Assembly: GCA_944362545.1 (NCBI GenBank)
Contig: CALVTJ010000001.1
Location: 64,500-128,499, forward strand
Reading direction: 5' to 3'
Length of the DNA: 64,000 bases
DNA from: an uncultured Clostridia bacterium
Lineage (GTDB): Bacteria > Bacillota > Clostridia > Christensenellales > UBA1242
The translations under genes and the position numbers were made by a program. Below the pieces are notes generated by a model. That model saw only the letters and a program-made list of their open reading frames with translations, was not told the origin of the DNA and made no database searches. Shown piece by piece: positions 47,971 to 56,563 of this stretch. How positions within the stretch are numbered: position 1 is the first letter of the stretch; each line of letters opens with the position of its first letter.

Positions 47971-48357
47971 ATGAATGTAGAAAAAAAATTTGGCGAAGGA
48001 ACAGAACTTATTTGGCATGACAGAAAAAGATGGTGCGGAATGCCATTGTCATTCACAAGATATTATCTCGTGAGAAAACCGGGTTCGTGGGTTAAAGTCT
48101 TTTCTGATATCGGACTTTTATATTCTGCCATTGATGAAGTCAATTTGTATAGAATTTATGATATTTCTTTCCACCAATCTCTCTCCGGAAAGATTTTCAA
48201 CACTGGAAACATCGTGCTTTTGAGCAATGATGAAAAAAATCCAAGATTTGTCATGAAAAATGTTAAAAATCCTTTGCAAATTCGTGATATGTTCTCAACC
48301 ATGATTGAAGAGCAAAGAAAACTCAACAATGTTCGCGTGACAGAATTTCAAGCGTAA
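47971..48357 (+). CDS. Hypothetical protein, possibly a bacterial PH (bPH_2/YdbT-like) domain
   Basis: The 128-aa ORF has a good RBS (AAAGGAG). The pattern ...LYRIYDISFHQSLSGKIFNTGNIVLLSNDEKNPRFVMKNVKNPLQIRDMF... resembles bPH_2 domains. The assignment is tentative. Confidence 0.5.
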   Translation: MNVEKKFGEGTELIWHDRKRWCGMPLSFTRYYLVRKPGSWVKVFSDIGLLYSAIDEVNLYRIYDISFHQSLSGKIFNTGNIVLLSNDEKNPRFVMKNVKNPLQIRDMFSTMIEEQRKLNNVRVTEFQA

Positions 48358-48442
48358 ATTTGTTTTGCACCTTTCAAAACGCTCAAATCAAATGTCTGTC
48401 ATTTGAATTTTTATGTTTGGAACAAAAAATTTTCAAATTTTG

Positions 48443-48471
48443 TTGACAACCGCCCCAAAATGTGTTAATAT
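48443..48471 (+). promoter_or_regulatory. Candidate promoter of tRNA-Ala (TTGACA-17-TAATAT)
   Basis: TTGACA is at 48443-48448, the spacer is 17 nt, and TAATAT is at 48466-48471. The -10 ends 12 nt before the tRNA 5' end. Confidence 0.5.
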
Positions 48472-48483
48472 TTTAGGGCATAT

Positions 48484-48559
48484 GGGGGTATGGCTCAGTT
48501 GGTAGAGCACCTGCCTTGCAAGCAGGGGGTCATCGGTTCGAATCCGATTATCTCCACCA
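48484..48559 (+). tRNA. tRNA-Ala (anticodon UGC), CCA encoded
   Basis: The sequence is GGGGGTATGGCTCAGTTGGTAGAGCACCTGCCTTGCAAGCAGGGGGTCATCGGTTCGAATCCGATTATCTCCACCA. It folds as a cloverleaf by hand, with the G3:U70 Ala identity pair, the anticodon loop CUUGCAA, and the T-loop GGTTCGAATCC. Confidence 0.93.
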
Positions 48560-48594
48560 AATTGATTGAACTGTCAAATTTTAAGTTCGCCAAA

Positions 48595-48617
48595 AGCACA
48601 CAAATGTGTGCTTTTTT
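48595..48617 (+). terminator. Terminator after tRNA-Ala
   Basis: The hairpin AGCACACA-aa-TGTGTGCT is followed by TTTTTT. Confidence 0.65.
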
Positions 48618-48807
48618 CATTTTTTAAAAATCAAAATGAAAATATGTGGTATTTTTTGTTAGGTAAAAGGAACTTGGTCAGCAAATTTTTGCAGACTCTT
48701 TCAATTTTTCTTATCATAAGATTTAATTATCTAAACAATCTATACTTCTCAAACTAACAACATAACAAAAAACTCTATCATAATTTGATAGAGTCTCTTT
48801 CAAGTGT

Positions 48808-49485
48808 TTAATCTTCTTTCTTTTCTGATTTTTTGTTTTTTGTGTTTCTTATGGTTTTTGATTTGTCCTGTGATGCGCTTGTCTCTTCAACAACAGGCAC
48901 CAATTTTTCTGCAACTGACATTTCTTTTTCTGCGTTCTGTTTTTTAAGTTCTGTCAATATTTCGGTCAGAAGTTGTTCCTGTGTTGGTTTTGGTGGAACA
49001 GGTGCTGGAGCATTTTTTGCACGAAGTTCTGCTGTTGCCTTGATGACAGCCTTACGATCCTTCATGTTTATACCCTGTGCTTTAAGTACCTTCTTTTCTT
49101 CTTTTGTTGGATATTCTTTTACACTCTTTTTCCAAAACCCCTGTGCGTTCATCATAAGTCTCAAAACCAAAAACAAAACAAATGCCACCAAGAAAAAGTT
49201 GATAATCGCCGTGATAAATGCACCCCAATCTATGTAAATGCTGTTTGCAAGGTCAATTGTTCCATCTTCAAGTGTCACCTTCTTCAAAAATGTAAACGCT
49301 GAGTCAAGTCCTGTGCCCCCTAGCGACAACAACCAGTTTATACACGGAGTGATAATCTTGTTTGTCAATGCTGTCACAATCGCCGTAAATGCACTCGCTA
49401 CAATGACACCAATTGCCATGTCAACCACATTTCCTCGGCTGATGAATTTCTTAAAATCCGCAAAAAATTGTTTAATCTTTTTCAT
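48808..49485 (-). CDS. mscL: Large-conductance mechanosensitive channel MscL with a long C-terminal extension
   Basis: FADFKKFISRGNVVDMAIGVIVASAFTAIVTALTNKIITP is the canonical MscL N-terminus and TM1. The total of 225 aa compares with about 130-150 aa for typical MscL. Confidence 0.85.
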   Translation of the reverse strand: MKKIKQFFADFKKFISRGNVVDMAIGVIVASAFTAIVTALTNKIITPCINWLLSLGGTGLDSAFTFLKKVTLEDGTIDLANSIYIDWGAFITAIINFFLVAFVLFLVLRLMMNAQGFWKKSVKEYPTKEEKKVLKAQGINMKDRKAVIKATAELRAKNAPAPVPPKPTQEQLLTEILTELKKQNAEKEMSVAEKLVPVVEETSASQDKSKTIRNTKNKKSEKKED

Positions 49486-49583
49486 TTGTTTTCTCCTTGT
49501 CTATATGATAGCCTACTCTTGCCAAAAAAGCAAATGGTTTGTTTCCATAAGTGTAAATATTTTTTGTTTTTGTTCATAATTGC

Positions 49584-49614
49584 TTGACTTAGAGTTTGCT
49601 CCAAGTTGTAAAAT
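49584..49614 (+). promoter_or_regulatory. MerR-type promoter with 19-nt spacer and dyad operator
   Basis: TTGACT is at 49584-49589, the spacer is 19 nt, and TAAAAT is at 49609-49614. The spacer carries the near-palindrome ACTTAGAG-TTTG-CTCCAAGT. It lies directly upstream of the merR-family gene. Confidence 0.6.
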
Positions 49615-49631
49615 AAACATGGAGAATGTAA

Positions 49632-50027
49632 ATGACAATAAAAGAAATTAGTGAAAAATTCAACATCTCTGCCGACACTTTGAGATATTATGAAAAGGAA
49701 GGTCTAATTCAAGATGTCCCTAGAGTGAGCGGAAGAAGAGATTATGGGCAAAAAGAAATTGACTTAATTTCTTTTGTTATTTGCATGAGAAGTGCTGGAC
49801 TTCCAATTGAGGTTTTGAAAGAATATCTTTCTCTAGTTCGACAGGGTGACAAAACAATCAAAAAACGCTTCGACATGCTGGTCAATCAACGTGAGATTTT
49901 GAAAACAAAAATTGATGAAATGAATGCCGCCTTCGACAAACTTAATTACAAAATCAATTCTTACAATTCCATGATGTTGAAAGCCGAAAAGAAACTTCAA
50001 AAAGCAAACACAACTAACAGTTTTTAA
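49632..50027 (+). CDS. MerR-family transcriptional regulator
   Basis: MTIKEISEKFNISADTLRYYEKEGLI is the MerR helix-turn-helix, followed by a C-terminal coiled-coil dimerisation helix. Confidence 0.85.
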   Translation: MTIKEISEKFNISADTLRYYEKEGLIQDVPRVSGRRDYGQKEIDLISFVICMRSAGLPIEVLKEYLSLVRQGDKTIKKRFDMLVNQREILKTKIDEMNAAFDKLNYKINSYNSMMLKAEKKLQKANTTNSF

Positions 50028-50047
50028 TATTTTTAAAGGAGAAAATT

Positions 50048-50932
50048 ATGAAAAAATCAATAGTTTACTTCACAAAAGATATCTCTCCAAAAGGCTTGAT
50101 AAAAATTTATGAAGCACTATGCAGAGAATTGAAAGGAAAGGTCGCTGTCAAAATTTCCACCGGCGAACCTGGCGGACACCACTTTTTAAATCCAAATCTC
50201 ATAAAGCTACTCGTTGACAAATTGCATGGCACAATCGTTGAATGTTGCACCGCCTATGGTGGAAAAAGACAGGATCCAAAGGACCACTGGAAAGCAATTG
50301 AAGATCATGGATTTAAGGCTATTGCACCATGCGACATCATGGATGAATTTGGAGAGAAAACTATACCTATTAAAAAGGGTTATCATCTAAAAGAAGATAT
50401 TGTCGGAAAGCATATTGACAATTATGATTCTTTCTTGTTGCTTTCACATTTCAAGGGTCATATGATGGGCGGATTCGGTGGAGCCCTTAAAAATATGTCC
50501 ATCGGTATGGCATCCACAAAAGGAAAATTGAATATCCATTCGGCGGGAACATCACTTGACCAGGAATATATTTGGTCACATTTACCAAAGCAAGATGATT
50601 TTCTTGAATCTATGGCAGATGCCTGCAAAGGCGTAATTGATTATGTAGGCAAAGACAACCTTTTATATATAAATGTGGCAAACAATCTTTCTGTGGACTG
50701 CGACTGCGATTCTAATCCATCAGCACCAAAAATGGCAGATATTGGAATTTTTGGTTCTACAGATCCTGTTGCTATTGACCAAGCGTGCTATGATGCGGTT
50801 ATTAACTCAAGTGACCCTGGAAAAGCCGATTTAATTGAAAGAATGAACTCTAGACATGGTATTCACACTGTAGAAACGGCTTGTTCACATGGACTTGGTT
50901 CAAGAGAATATGAAATCATTGATATTGACTAA
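50048..50932 (+). CDS. DUF362/COG2768-like protein (uncharacterised Fe-S-related family)
   Basis: VAVKISTGEPGG and LLLSHFKGHMMGGFGGALKNMSIGMASTKGKLNIH match the DUF362 pattern HfKgH...GfGGAiKN...G. The gene is co-oriented 20 nt after merR. Confidence 0.7.
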   Translation: MKKSIVYFTKDISPKGLIKIYEALCRELKGKVAVKISTGEPGGHHFLNPNLIKLLVDKLHGTIVECCTAYGGKRQDPKDHWKAIEDHGFKAIAPCDIMDEFGEKTIPIKKGYHLKEDIVGKHIDNYDSFLLLSHFKGHMMGGFGGALKNMSIGMASTKGKLNIHSAGTSLDQEYIWSHLPKQDDFLESMADACKGVIDYVGKDNLLYINVANNLSVDCDCDSNPSAPKMADIGIFGSTDPVAIDQACYDAVINSSDPGKADLIERMNSRHGIHTVETACSHGLGSREYEIIDID

Positions 50933-51057
50933 TCTACAAAATCATCAAAATGAAAAAGTCACTCATCCAAGAGACTTTTTTAACCGTTTTCTTCTATATG
51001 AAATATTATATAAAAAGACATGAACTCCTCTGTTTTTTCGACAGGCATATGTTTTTG

Positions 51058-51086
51058 TTGACAAGAAAGGAAAATCGTGTTATTAT
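51058..51086 (+). promoter_or_regulatory. Candidate promoter of the metK leader (TTGACA-17-TATTAT)
   Basis: TTGACA is at 51058-51063, the spacer is 17 nt, and TATTAT is at 51081-51086. Confidence 0.55.
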
Positions 51087-51089
51087 CAA

Positions 51090-51192
51090 AACACCATAAA
51101 GAGTGTGCGAGGGACAGCCCCTTTGACCACACAGCAACCTGCCTTGTGCAAGGTGCTAAAGGCTGACCGATGGAAACTTTGTTGTGACAGAA
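51090..51192 (+). promoter_or_regulatory. SAM-I (S-box) riboswitch
   Basis: AUAAAGAG-UGUGC-GAGGGAC-AGCCCC-UUUGA-CCACACA-GCAACC-...-GGUGCUAAAGGC...-ACUUUGU contains the conserved GAGGGA, GCAACC and GGUGCUAA blocks. P1 is AUAAAG/CUUUGU. The element lies upstream of metK and is followed by a terminator. Confidence 0.8.
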
Positions 51193-51224
51193 GTCCATCG
51201 AAGTCGATGGGCTTTTCTTTTATT
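51193..51224 (+). terminator. Riboswitch expression-platform terminator
   Basis: The hairpin CCATCG-AAGT-CGATGG (51195-51210) is followed by GCTTTTCTTTTATT. Confidence 0.7.
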
Positions 51225-51247
51225 CTTTGTGGCAAAAGGAGAACAAA

Positions 51248-52336
51248 ATGAGAAAAATTATTACAAGCGAAAGCGTAAACATAGGGCATCCTGACAAAAC
51301 CTGCGACACCATTGCGGATGCCTTTTTGGATGAAGCATTAAAACAGGACAGAAACGCACAAATGGCGGTGGAGTGTGCTATCAAAAACAATAAATTGTTC
51401 ATCTATGGCGAAGCGACAACCTCTGCACAAATTGATTATCAAGACATCGCTTCGCGAGTGCTCAAAGATGTAGGCTATGACATGCCTTTTGAATTTGTGG
51501 TGGAAGTTTCAAAGCAGAGTCCTGACATCAACCAAGCGGTCACAAAAAAACATCTTTGCGCAAATGACCAAGGCATTGTGTTTGGCTACGCCACAAACGA
51601 GACAAAAGAGTGCATGCCCCTGCCAATCATGGTGGCACACAAACTTATGAGAAGATTTGAAGAATATCGCAAAACCACAAACGAATTTTTTGCCGATGCC
51701 AAATCACAGGTTTCGGTGGTTTATGAAAATGACAAACCAATGTGTTTCGACACCATTCTTGTCAGTGTCAGTCACAGTCCGGATTGTCACAACATTCAAG
51801 AGAAAATCATGCAAAACGTCATTCTTCCCATTTTGAAAGAATATTCAAACTTGACAAATAATAATACAAAATTTATCATCAACCCTAGCGGAAAATTCAC
51901 CATTTGGGGAAGTTTTGGCGACAGCGGATGTGTCGGCAGGAAGATTGTTGTGGACACATATGGCGGTGTGGCTCATGTTGGTGGTGGATGTTTTTCTAGC
52001 AAAAATGCCACTAAAGTTGACCGCTCAGGCGCATATTATGCAAGATATGTCGCCAAAAGCCTTGTAAAAAACAGTCTCTGTGACAGGTGCGAAGTTGCTC
52101 TTTCCTTTGGCATTGGGCTTGAAAGACCACTATCAATAAACATTGACACCTTTGGCACAGAAAAAATTCCACTTGAAAAAATCTATCAAATTGTCAATAA
52201 AAATTTTGATTTTTCACTTTCAAACATCATTGCCGAACTTGACCTTTTGAAACCTATCTACAAACAAACTGCTTGTTATGGACATTTTGGCAATAAAAAT
52301 TACAGTTGGGAAAAGATAAAAAAACTTGCACGCTAA
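51248..52336 (+). CDS. metK: S-adenosylmethionine synthetase (divergent, 362 aa)
   Basis: MRKIITSESVNIGHPDKTCDTIADAFLDEAL, SKQSPDINQAV, DQGIVFGYATNET, GRKIVVDTYGG, KVDRSGAYYARYVAK and ACYGHFG are present. The RBS is AAAGGAG. It is shorter than typical bacterial MetK and several motifs are altered (CANDQG instead of GAGDQG). Confidence 0.88.
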   Translation: MRKIITSESVNIGHPDKTCDTIADAFLDEALKQDRNAQMAVECAIKNNKLFIYGEATTSAQIDYQDIASRVLKDVGYDMPFEFVVEVSKQSPDINQAVTKKHLCANDQGIVFGYATNETKECMPLPIMVAHKLMRRFEEYRKTTNEFFADAKSQVSVVYENDKPMCFDTILVSVSHSPDCHNIQEKIMQNVILPILKEYSNLTNNNTKFIINPSGKFTIWGSFGDSGCVGRKIVVDTYGGVAHVGGGCFSSKNATKVDRSGAYYARYVAKSLVKNSLCDRCEVALSFGIGLERPLSINIDTFGTEKIPLEKIYQIVNKNFDFSLSNIIAELDLLKPIYKQTACYGHFGNKNYSWEKIKKLAR

Positions 52337-52373
52337 TATTGTGCATGAGTTCTGTTTTCAAGTTCCATGCCTA

Positions 52374-52402
52374 TTGACTTTTGCTCCTTCCTGTGCTAAA
52401 AT
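52374..52402 (+). promoter_or_regulatory. Candidate promoter (TTGACT-17-TAAAAT)
   Basis: TTGACT is at 52374-52379, the spacer is 17 nt, and TAAAAT is at 52397-52402. It lies upstream of the 52435 gene. Confidence 0.5.
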
Positions 52403-52434
52403 TTTGGCAAACAAAGGAGGAAAACAAAACAACT

Positions 52435-52848
52435 ATGAAGTTAAAAAAATCACAGGTTTTTATTGGAGATATCTACATGCAGACAGAACTTGAACCAATG
52501 GTTAAACATGGGCAACAAGAAGCGTTCTTGATGAAAAAGGATGTCTTTTTGGTAAAATTTGGTTTGATTAGTTATGTCCCACTGCAAGATATAAAAAACA
52601 GTCTACATTTTTTAACATTACAGCACAAGGTCAAATCAAATGGCATTGCAAAGTATGCTCGTGAATTTCTTGCTGAAGGACCAACTTACAGACAATGTTT
52701 GTGGCTTTCAATAAAAAATATTCATCCGGCATTTAATCCTGAAAAGGCAAATGAAAAAGTGGATGTTATGAAACTCAAAAAATTTGAGAGATATGCCAAC
52801 AAAAAAGAAAATTGTTTGACACAATCCAAAGAAAATCTTGAGAAGTGA
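52435..52848 (+). CDS. Hypothetical protein, paralog A of a tandem pair
   Basis: The ATG at 52435 lies 14 nt after the GGAGG in AAAGGAGG (the track ORF starts at an upstream TTG). It shares ...FLVKFG..SYVP...IKN.LHF..L..K...NG..KYA.EFL... with the 53027 gene. Confidence 0.55.
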   Translation: MKLKKSQVFIGDIYMQTELEPMVKHGQQEAFLMKKDVFLVKFGLISYVPLQDIKNSLHFLTLQHKVKSNGIAKYAREFLAEGPTYRQCLWLSIKNIHPAFNPEKANEKVDVMKLKKFERYANKKENCLTQSKENLEK

Positions 52849-52850
52849 AA

Positions 52851-52882
52851 AAGAAGTCACATTTTTGTGGCTTCTTTTGTTA
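52851..52882 (+). terminator. Terminator after paralog A
   Basis: The 10-bp stem is AAGAAGTCAC / GTGGCTTCTT (one G:U), followed by TTGTT. Confidence 0.65.
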
Positions 52883-52968
52883 ATTGTATGTCAATGCGAC
52901 CAAATCCACAACCTATTGTATATCTCTAGACTTCCCTTAAATAAAGGCAAAAAGTCCTTTCTTTCCCC

Positions 52969-52997
52969 TTGACAAGCATTTTCGCACATGCTATAAT
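52969..52997 (+). promoter_or_regulatory. Consensus sigma-A promoter (TTGACA-17-TATAAT)
   Basis: TTGACA at 52969-52974, an exact 17-nt spacer and TATAAT at 52992-52997 all match the consensus perfectly. Confidence 0.65.
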
Positions 52998-53026
52998 CGT
53001 GTCGCAAAAGGAGATATAAAAATATC

Positions 53027-53428
53027 ATGAAAATATTAAAATCAAGAATTTATATAGGAACAATTTACAAAAGTTTTAATAGATTGACCAAAAATTCAGT
53101 AGATGATGATGCAAACAATTTTGGCAGAGACACAGTTCAAGAAAAAGCTTTTCTTGTCAAGTTTGGTCAGGACAGTTATGTCCCTGTCAATGCAATCAAA
53201 AACAATCTTCATTTCTTTGTTCTTGAGCAAAAAATTCAAATGAATGGGACAACCAAGTATGCTCCAGAATTTCTGCACACTGCAACTGACATTGAGACTA
53301 AGAAATTTGTTGGCAACATCAAACCAGCATTTTCAAATGAAACATCTCATAAAAATATTGGATTTTCCACTCTCAAAAAATTTGTCAGAATTATGGAATC
53401 ATCAGAAAAAACAATGGAAAACATTTAA
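53027..53428 (+). CDS. Hypothetical protein, paralog B of a tandem pair
   Basis: The 133-aa ORF is clearly homologous to the 52435-52848 product (KAFLVKFGQDSYVPVNAIKNNLHFFVLEQKIQMNGTTKYAPEFL against DVFLVKFGLISYVPLQDIKNSLHFLTLQHKVKSNGIAKYAREFL). Confidence 0.55.
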   Translation: MKILKSRIYIGTIYKSFNRLTKNSVDDDANNFGRDTVQEKAFLVKFGQDSYVPVNAIKNNLHFFVLEQKIQMNGTTKYAPEFLHTATDIETKKFVGNIKPAFSNETSHKNIGFSTLKKFVRIMESSEKTMENI

Positions 53429-53451
53429 TCCCGTTATTCGCGACATTTGAA

Positions 53452-53487
53452 AATAAAAAATAGTGGTTTGTGCCACTATTTTTTACT
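53452..53487. terminator. Bidirectional terminator between convergent genes
   Basis: AAAAAATAGTGG-tttgtg-CCACTATTTTTT has A and T runs on both sides of the hairpin. It lies between the 53027-53428 (+) and 53511-53864 (-) genes. Confidence 0.6.
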
Positions 53488-53510
53488 TAGAAAATTGTCG
53501 TTTTTGTTGA

Positions 53511-53864
53511 TTATTTATCCAAATTCTCAAAAACAATGCCAATGTCATCAAGTTCACCAGTCCATTGGTATTTTTTCATGTCAATTGTTCCATCTTTCTC
53601 AAAAATTATACCCTCGTTTTCTAATCTGCGCCTTTGCTCATCCCTTCCTCCAAAGGCAAAACTTCCGCTCAACTGCCCAAACCTATTGACCACTCTGTGA
53701 CAAGGAATTTCTTTTGGATTTGGATTGGAATGAAGGGCGTAGCCGACAATCTGTGAAAACTTTGGTGCTCCCAAAATTTTTGCTATCTGTCCGTAAGTTG
53801 CCACCTTCCCCTTTGGAATCTCTTTCACAACATCATATACTTGTTTGAAAAAACCATCCCTCAT
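53511..53864 (-). CDS. MGMT-family protein (methylated-DNA--protein-cysteine methyltransferase DNA-binding/active-site domain only)
   Basis: VPKGKVATYGQIAKILG and IPCHRVV (PCHR active-site motif) are present. At 117 aa it corresponds to the C-terminal domain only. Confidence 0.8.
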   Translation of the reverse strand: MRDGFFKQVYDVVKEIPKGKVATYGQIAKILGAPKFSQIVGYALHSNPNPKEIPCHRVVNRFGQLSGSFAFGGRDEQRRRLENEGIIFEKDGTIDMKKYQWTGELDDIGIVFENLDK

Positions 53865-55879
53865 GCATTTTCTCCAGATGATGCACTGCTCGGATTTTGC
53901 AGAGATGAAATCAGTTTAAAATCCATGTCTCCTTCATATTGAATGTTTGACACAATATATCGACATATTGAAAAATTGTTTTCTCCAGCACTTTGGAAAA
54001 TGCTGTCCATCCAAGAATTGCAAATCGTGGTGTCTGCAATTTTAAACTCATTTGTTGCTATGTGTTCTCTGTTGCTTGTGGTAAACCTAAATGCCACCAC
54101 ACTTCCACCTGTCACAGCCATTGTTCTTGGGACACCATTTGAAAGCGGTTGCCAATCGGCATCATCTATATTGCCATCCTGTCCCAAAATAGCAAATTCC
54201 ACATTTTCAATTCTTGAATCATTAAAAGCGTAAGAAATGTTGATATTTTTGTTGAACATTTGGAAATTTCTAAATTCAAAAATCATATCTTCTGTGCAAG
54301 TAAAATCAAGTTGGAAATAATCAAAAGTTTCAGTTTCTTCATTGTAATATGCTCTGAAGGTGTAATCTCCAATCTCTTTCACCACATCTCCTGTCTCGCC
54401 AGCAAGTTGTTCCTTGACATTCAAAATCTTGTCATCATCAGTTGGCTCTTCGCCGACATTCAAATAGATGTCATAGTCGCAAAGGTCATATGGGTTGACA
54501 TATGCCTCAACAGAACTGTCATAAGAAAATCCCCAAGCAATTGCGTTTCTCTGCCCAGCAAGTCCAAGAACCTGTCCATTTGAGCCCATGCCAGTTATGC
54601 CCAACGCTGTTCCATCTTCATCAACCGCATAAATAGTTGGAATCAAAACTTGTTGGTTGGCGATTGGCTCCACAGAATTTGCGTAGAGAGAATATTGCTC
54701 TGCATTGTATGTGATGCCTGAAATCTTGACTTCATAAAGTGAATAGCCCCCAGTTGAAATTGGTGTGATGTGTTCCGGAATTTGATACTGAACAGTTGTG
54801 TTTCCATTTTCATCTTCACTTTCACTGCCTTCAATTTGGTCAAGTTCAAAATTGTTTATACAAACCACCATGTTGCTATAATCTGCATAAAACTCTTCAT
54901 TTGTGTCTGTCAAAAGTTTGGTAATTGTCAAAACTGCGCTTGTGGAATAATCAATAATTGCATTATCCACACTTGCACTGAATGTCAAATTTGCCCTTGG
55001 CAGTGCAATGTTGAAAGACCGAAAGTCAATATCTGTGAAATCAATGATGATTGTGTAGTGGTTTGACCTTCCTATCTGTCCCATGTCAACCAAATAAAAG
55101 CCATCATCTTCATCATCAATGTAAGTCATTGAATCAATATTCTGTTCTTGCTCGCCATCCGGCAAAATTCTGAAAGGATACGCATTTGTAAAATCAAATG
55201 GTGCACCGGCATTGAATTTTACTCTAAATGTTGTGTATGGATTGTAAATATCTTCTGTGTAAGAAAAAGGTCTTGTAAAACTTGTTTCTTCCTTTTGAAG
55301 GTATTCATAAAGACTTTCAAAAACCGGCGCCGGTTGTTCTCCTTCTTCCTCAGTGATTTCGCCATATGTCAAACATATGCTTGTCATCTGCAATTTTTCA
55401 ATCAACTCTTCATCTTCAATTTCGCTTACATCATCATAGCCCGCCACCTGAAAATCAAAGGTTGATTCAACAGTTGATACCCCCGAAAATTCAATATTGA
55501 TATTTGATGTCACATTTGGCAGAATAAAATAACCATAATTCAAACTTTCCCCATTTACAAGTGGACTGTAATTTTCATTGACAACAACATCTTTTTCAAC
55601 TCCATCAACCAAAACTTGCAAATCTGACATCTCAATGCCAAAATCAGTGGCATCCAAAACCACTCTTATACTCTTTCCGCGTTCCACCTGATAATTTTCA
55701 TTTGCATCCGATTCTATTCTGTTTTGACCATCATAAAGCGAAACAGCAAGCAGGCTTGCGGTGCCATCACTTTTTGATACAGAAATGTTATAAAAATCCG
55801 GCTCATCACAAGCGGTCAACATAATTCCCGCAATCAATGAAAAACAACATATCATCAAAACCGAAAAGATTTTTTTCAT
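53861..55879 (-). CDS. Hypothetical large lipoprotein (672 aa)
   Basis: The signal peptide and lipobox read MKKIFSVLMICCFSLIAGIMLTAC DEP. An AAAGGAG RBS is present. Its stop overlaps the MGMT gene start by 4 nt. Confidence 0.65.
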   Translation of the reverse strand: MKKIFSVLMICCFSLIAGIMLTACDEPDFYNISVSKSDGTASLLAVSLYDGQNRIESDANENYQVERGKSIRVVLDATDFGIEMSDLQVLVDGVEKDVVVNENYSPLVNGESLNYGYFILPNVTSNINIEFSGVSTVESTFDFQVAGYDDVSEIEDEELIEKLQMTSICLTYGEITEEEGEQPAPVFESLYEYLQKEETSFTRPFSYTEDIYNPYTTFRVKFNAGAPFDFTNAYPFRILPDGEQEQNIDSMTYIDDEDDGFYLVDMGQIGRSNHYTIIIDFTDIDFRSFNIALPRANLTFSASVDNAIIDYSTSAVLTITKLLTDTNEEFYADYSNMVVCINNFELDQIEGSESEDENGNTTVQYQIPEHITPISTGGYSLYEVKISGITYNAEQYSLYANSVEPIANQQVLIPTIYAVDEDGTALGITGMGSNGQVLGLAGQRNAIAWGFSYDSSVEAYVNPYDLCDYDIYLNVGEEPTDDDKILNVKEQLAGETGDVVKEIGDYTFRAYYNEETETFDYFQLDFTCTEDMIFEFRNFQMFNKNINISYAFNDSRIENVEFAILGQDGNIDDADWQPLSNGVPRTMAVTGGSVVAFRFTTSNREHIATNEFKIADTTICNSWMDSIFQSAGENNFSICRYIVSNIQYEGDMDFKLISSLQNPSSASSGENA

Positions 55880-56175
55880 AAGTTTTCTCCTTTGGTTTTA
55901 GTATAACACAAAACCAATTTTTCACAAATTATTTTTCAATTAAATTTGAATTAAAGTATATTTTTAATATAACACTATTTTCTCTCGTTAATTTTCAGCA
56001 GAAAAAACAAACATAAAAATATATTAAAAAGAGATAAAAATGTTCAAAAAATTCAACAGGAATATCACTTTTTGAATCATTACTTATCAAATTCAATTAA
56101 AATTTAAAAAAACAAGCATCAAATAAAATTTTGACACTTGTCGGCAAAACTGAACATAAAGCACAATTTTTCTCT

Positions 56176-56221
56176 TGGTGCACCCAGAAGGACTCGAACC
56201 CTCCATAATGGTTCCGAAGAC
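56176..56221 (-). repeat. 46-nt direct repeat identical to the 3' part of tRNA-Arg (att-site remnant)
   Basis: TGGTGCACCCAGAAGGACTCGAACCCTCCATAATGGTTCCGAAGAC is identical to 57875-57920. It covers the tRNA from the anticodon loop to the CCA end. Confidence 0.9.
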
Positions 56222-56563
56222 ATTGTTTCAAACTTCTATAATTCAAACCACCCAATCGGTAAAATGATGTACACTACTTTAAATAAAATAAAAGGTTTTT
56301 CAAATCACATTATCAATTTCAATGACAACTTTGATAACAGTGAAAATTTATATAAGCAACTTCTTTTTCTTCCTTTATCAAAAAACATTAACGAAAAAAC
56401 CGCAAAAAACATCGCACTGTTTTTAAACAGCGTAATTGACCAAAAACCAAAACAAATAAATGACAAAAATGAAATTAAAAACTTTGATGGACTTTTCTTA
56501 TGGTAATGCTTGCATGAAATTTATAAATCATATATAATAAAATCGATTATTAGGAGGGAAAAT

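Noticed and set aside
56138-56506. 122-aa plus-strand ORF upstream of the Ham1-like gene
   Set aside because: Its TTG start lies upstream of the duplicated tRNA-Arg fragment and its first codons read through it. A shorter version from the internal ATG (56264) has no RBS. It may be a relic of the decayed element, so I do not call it a gene.
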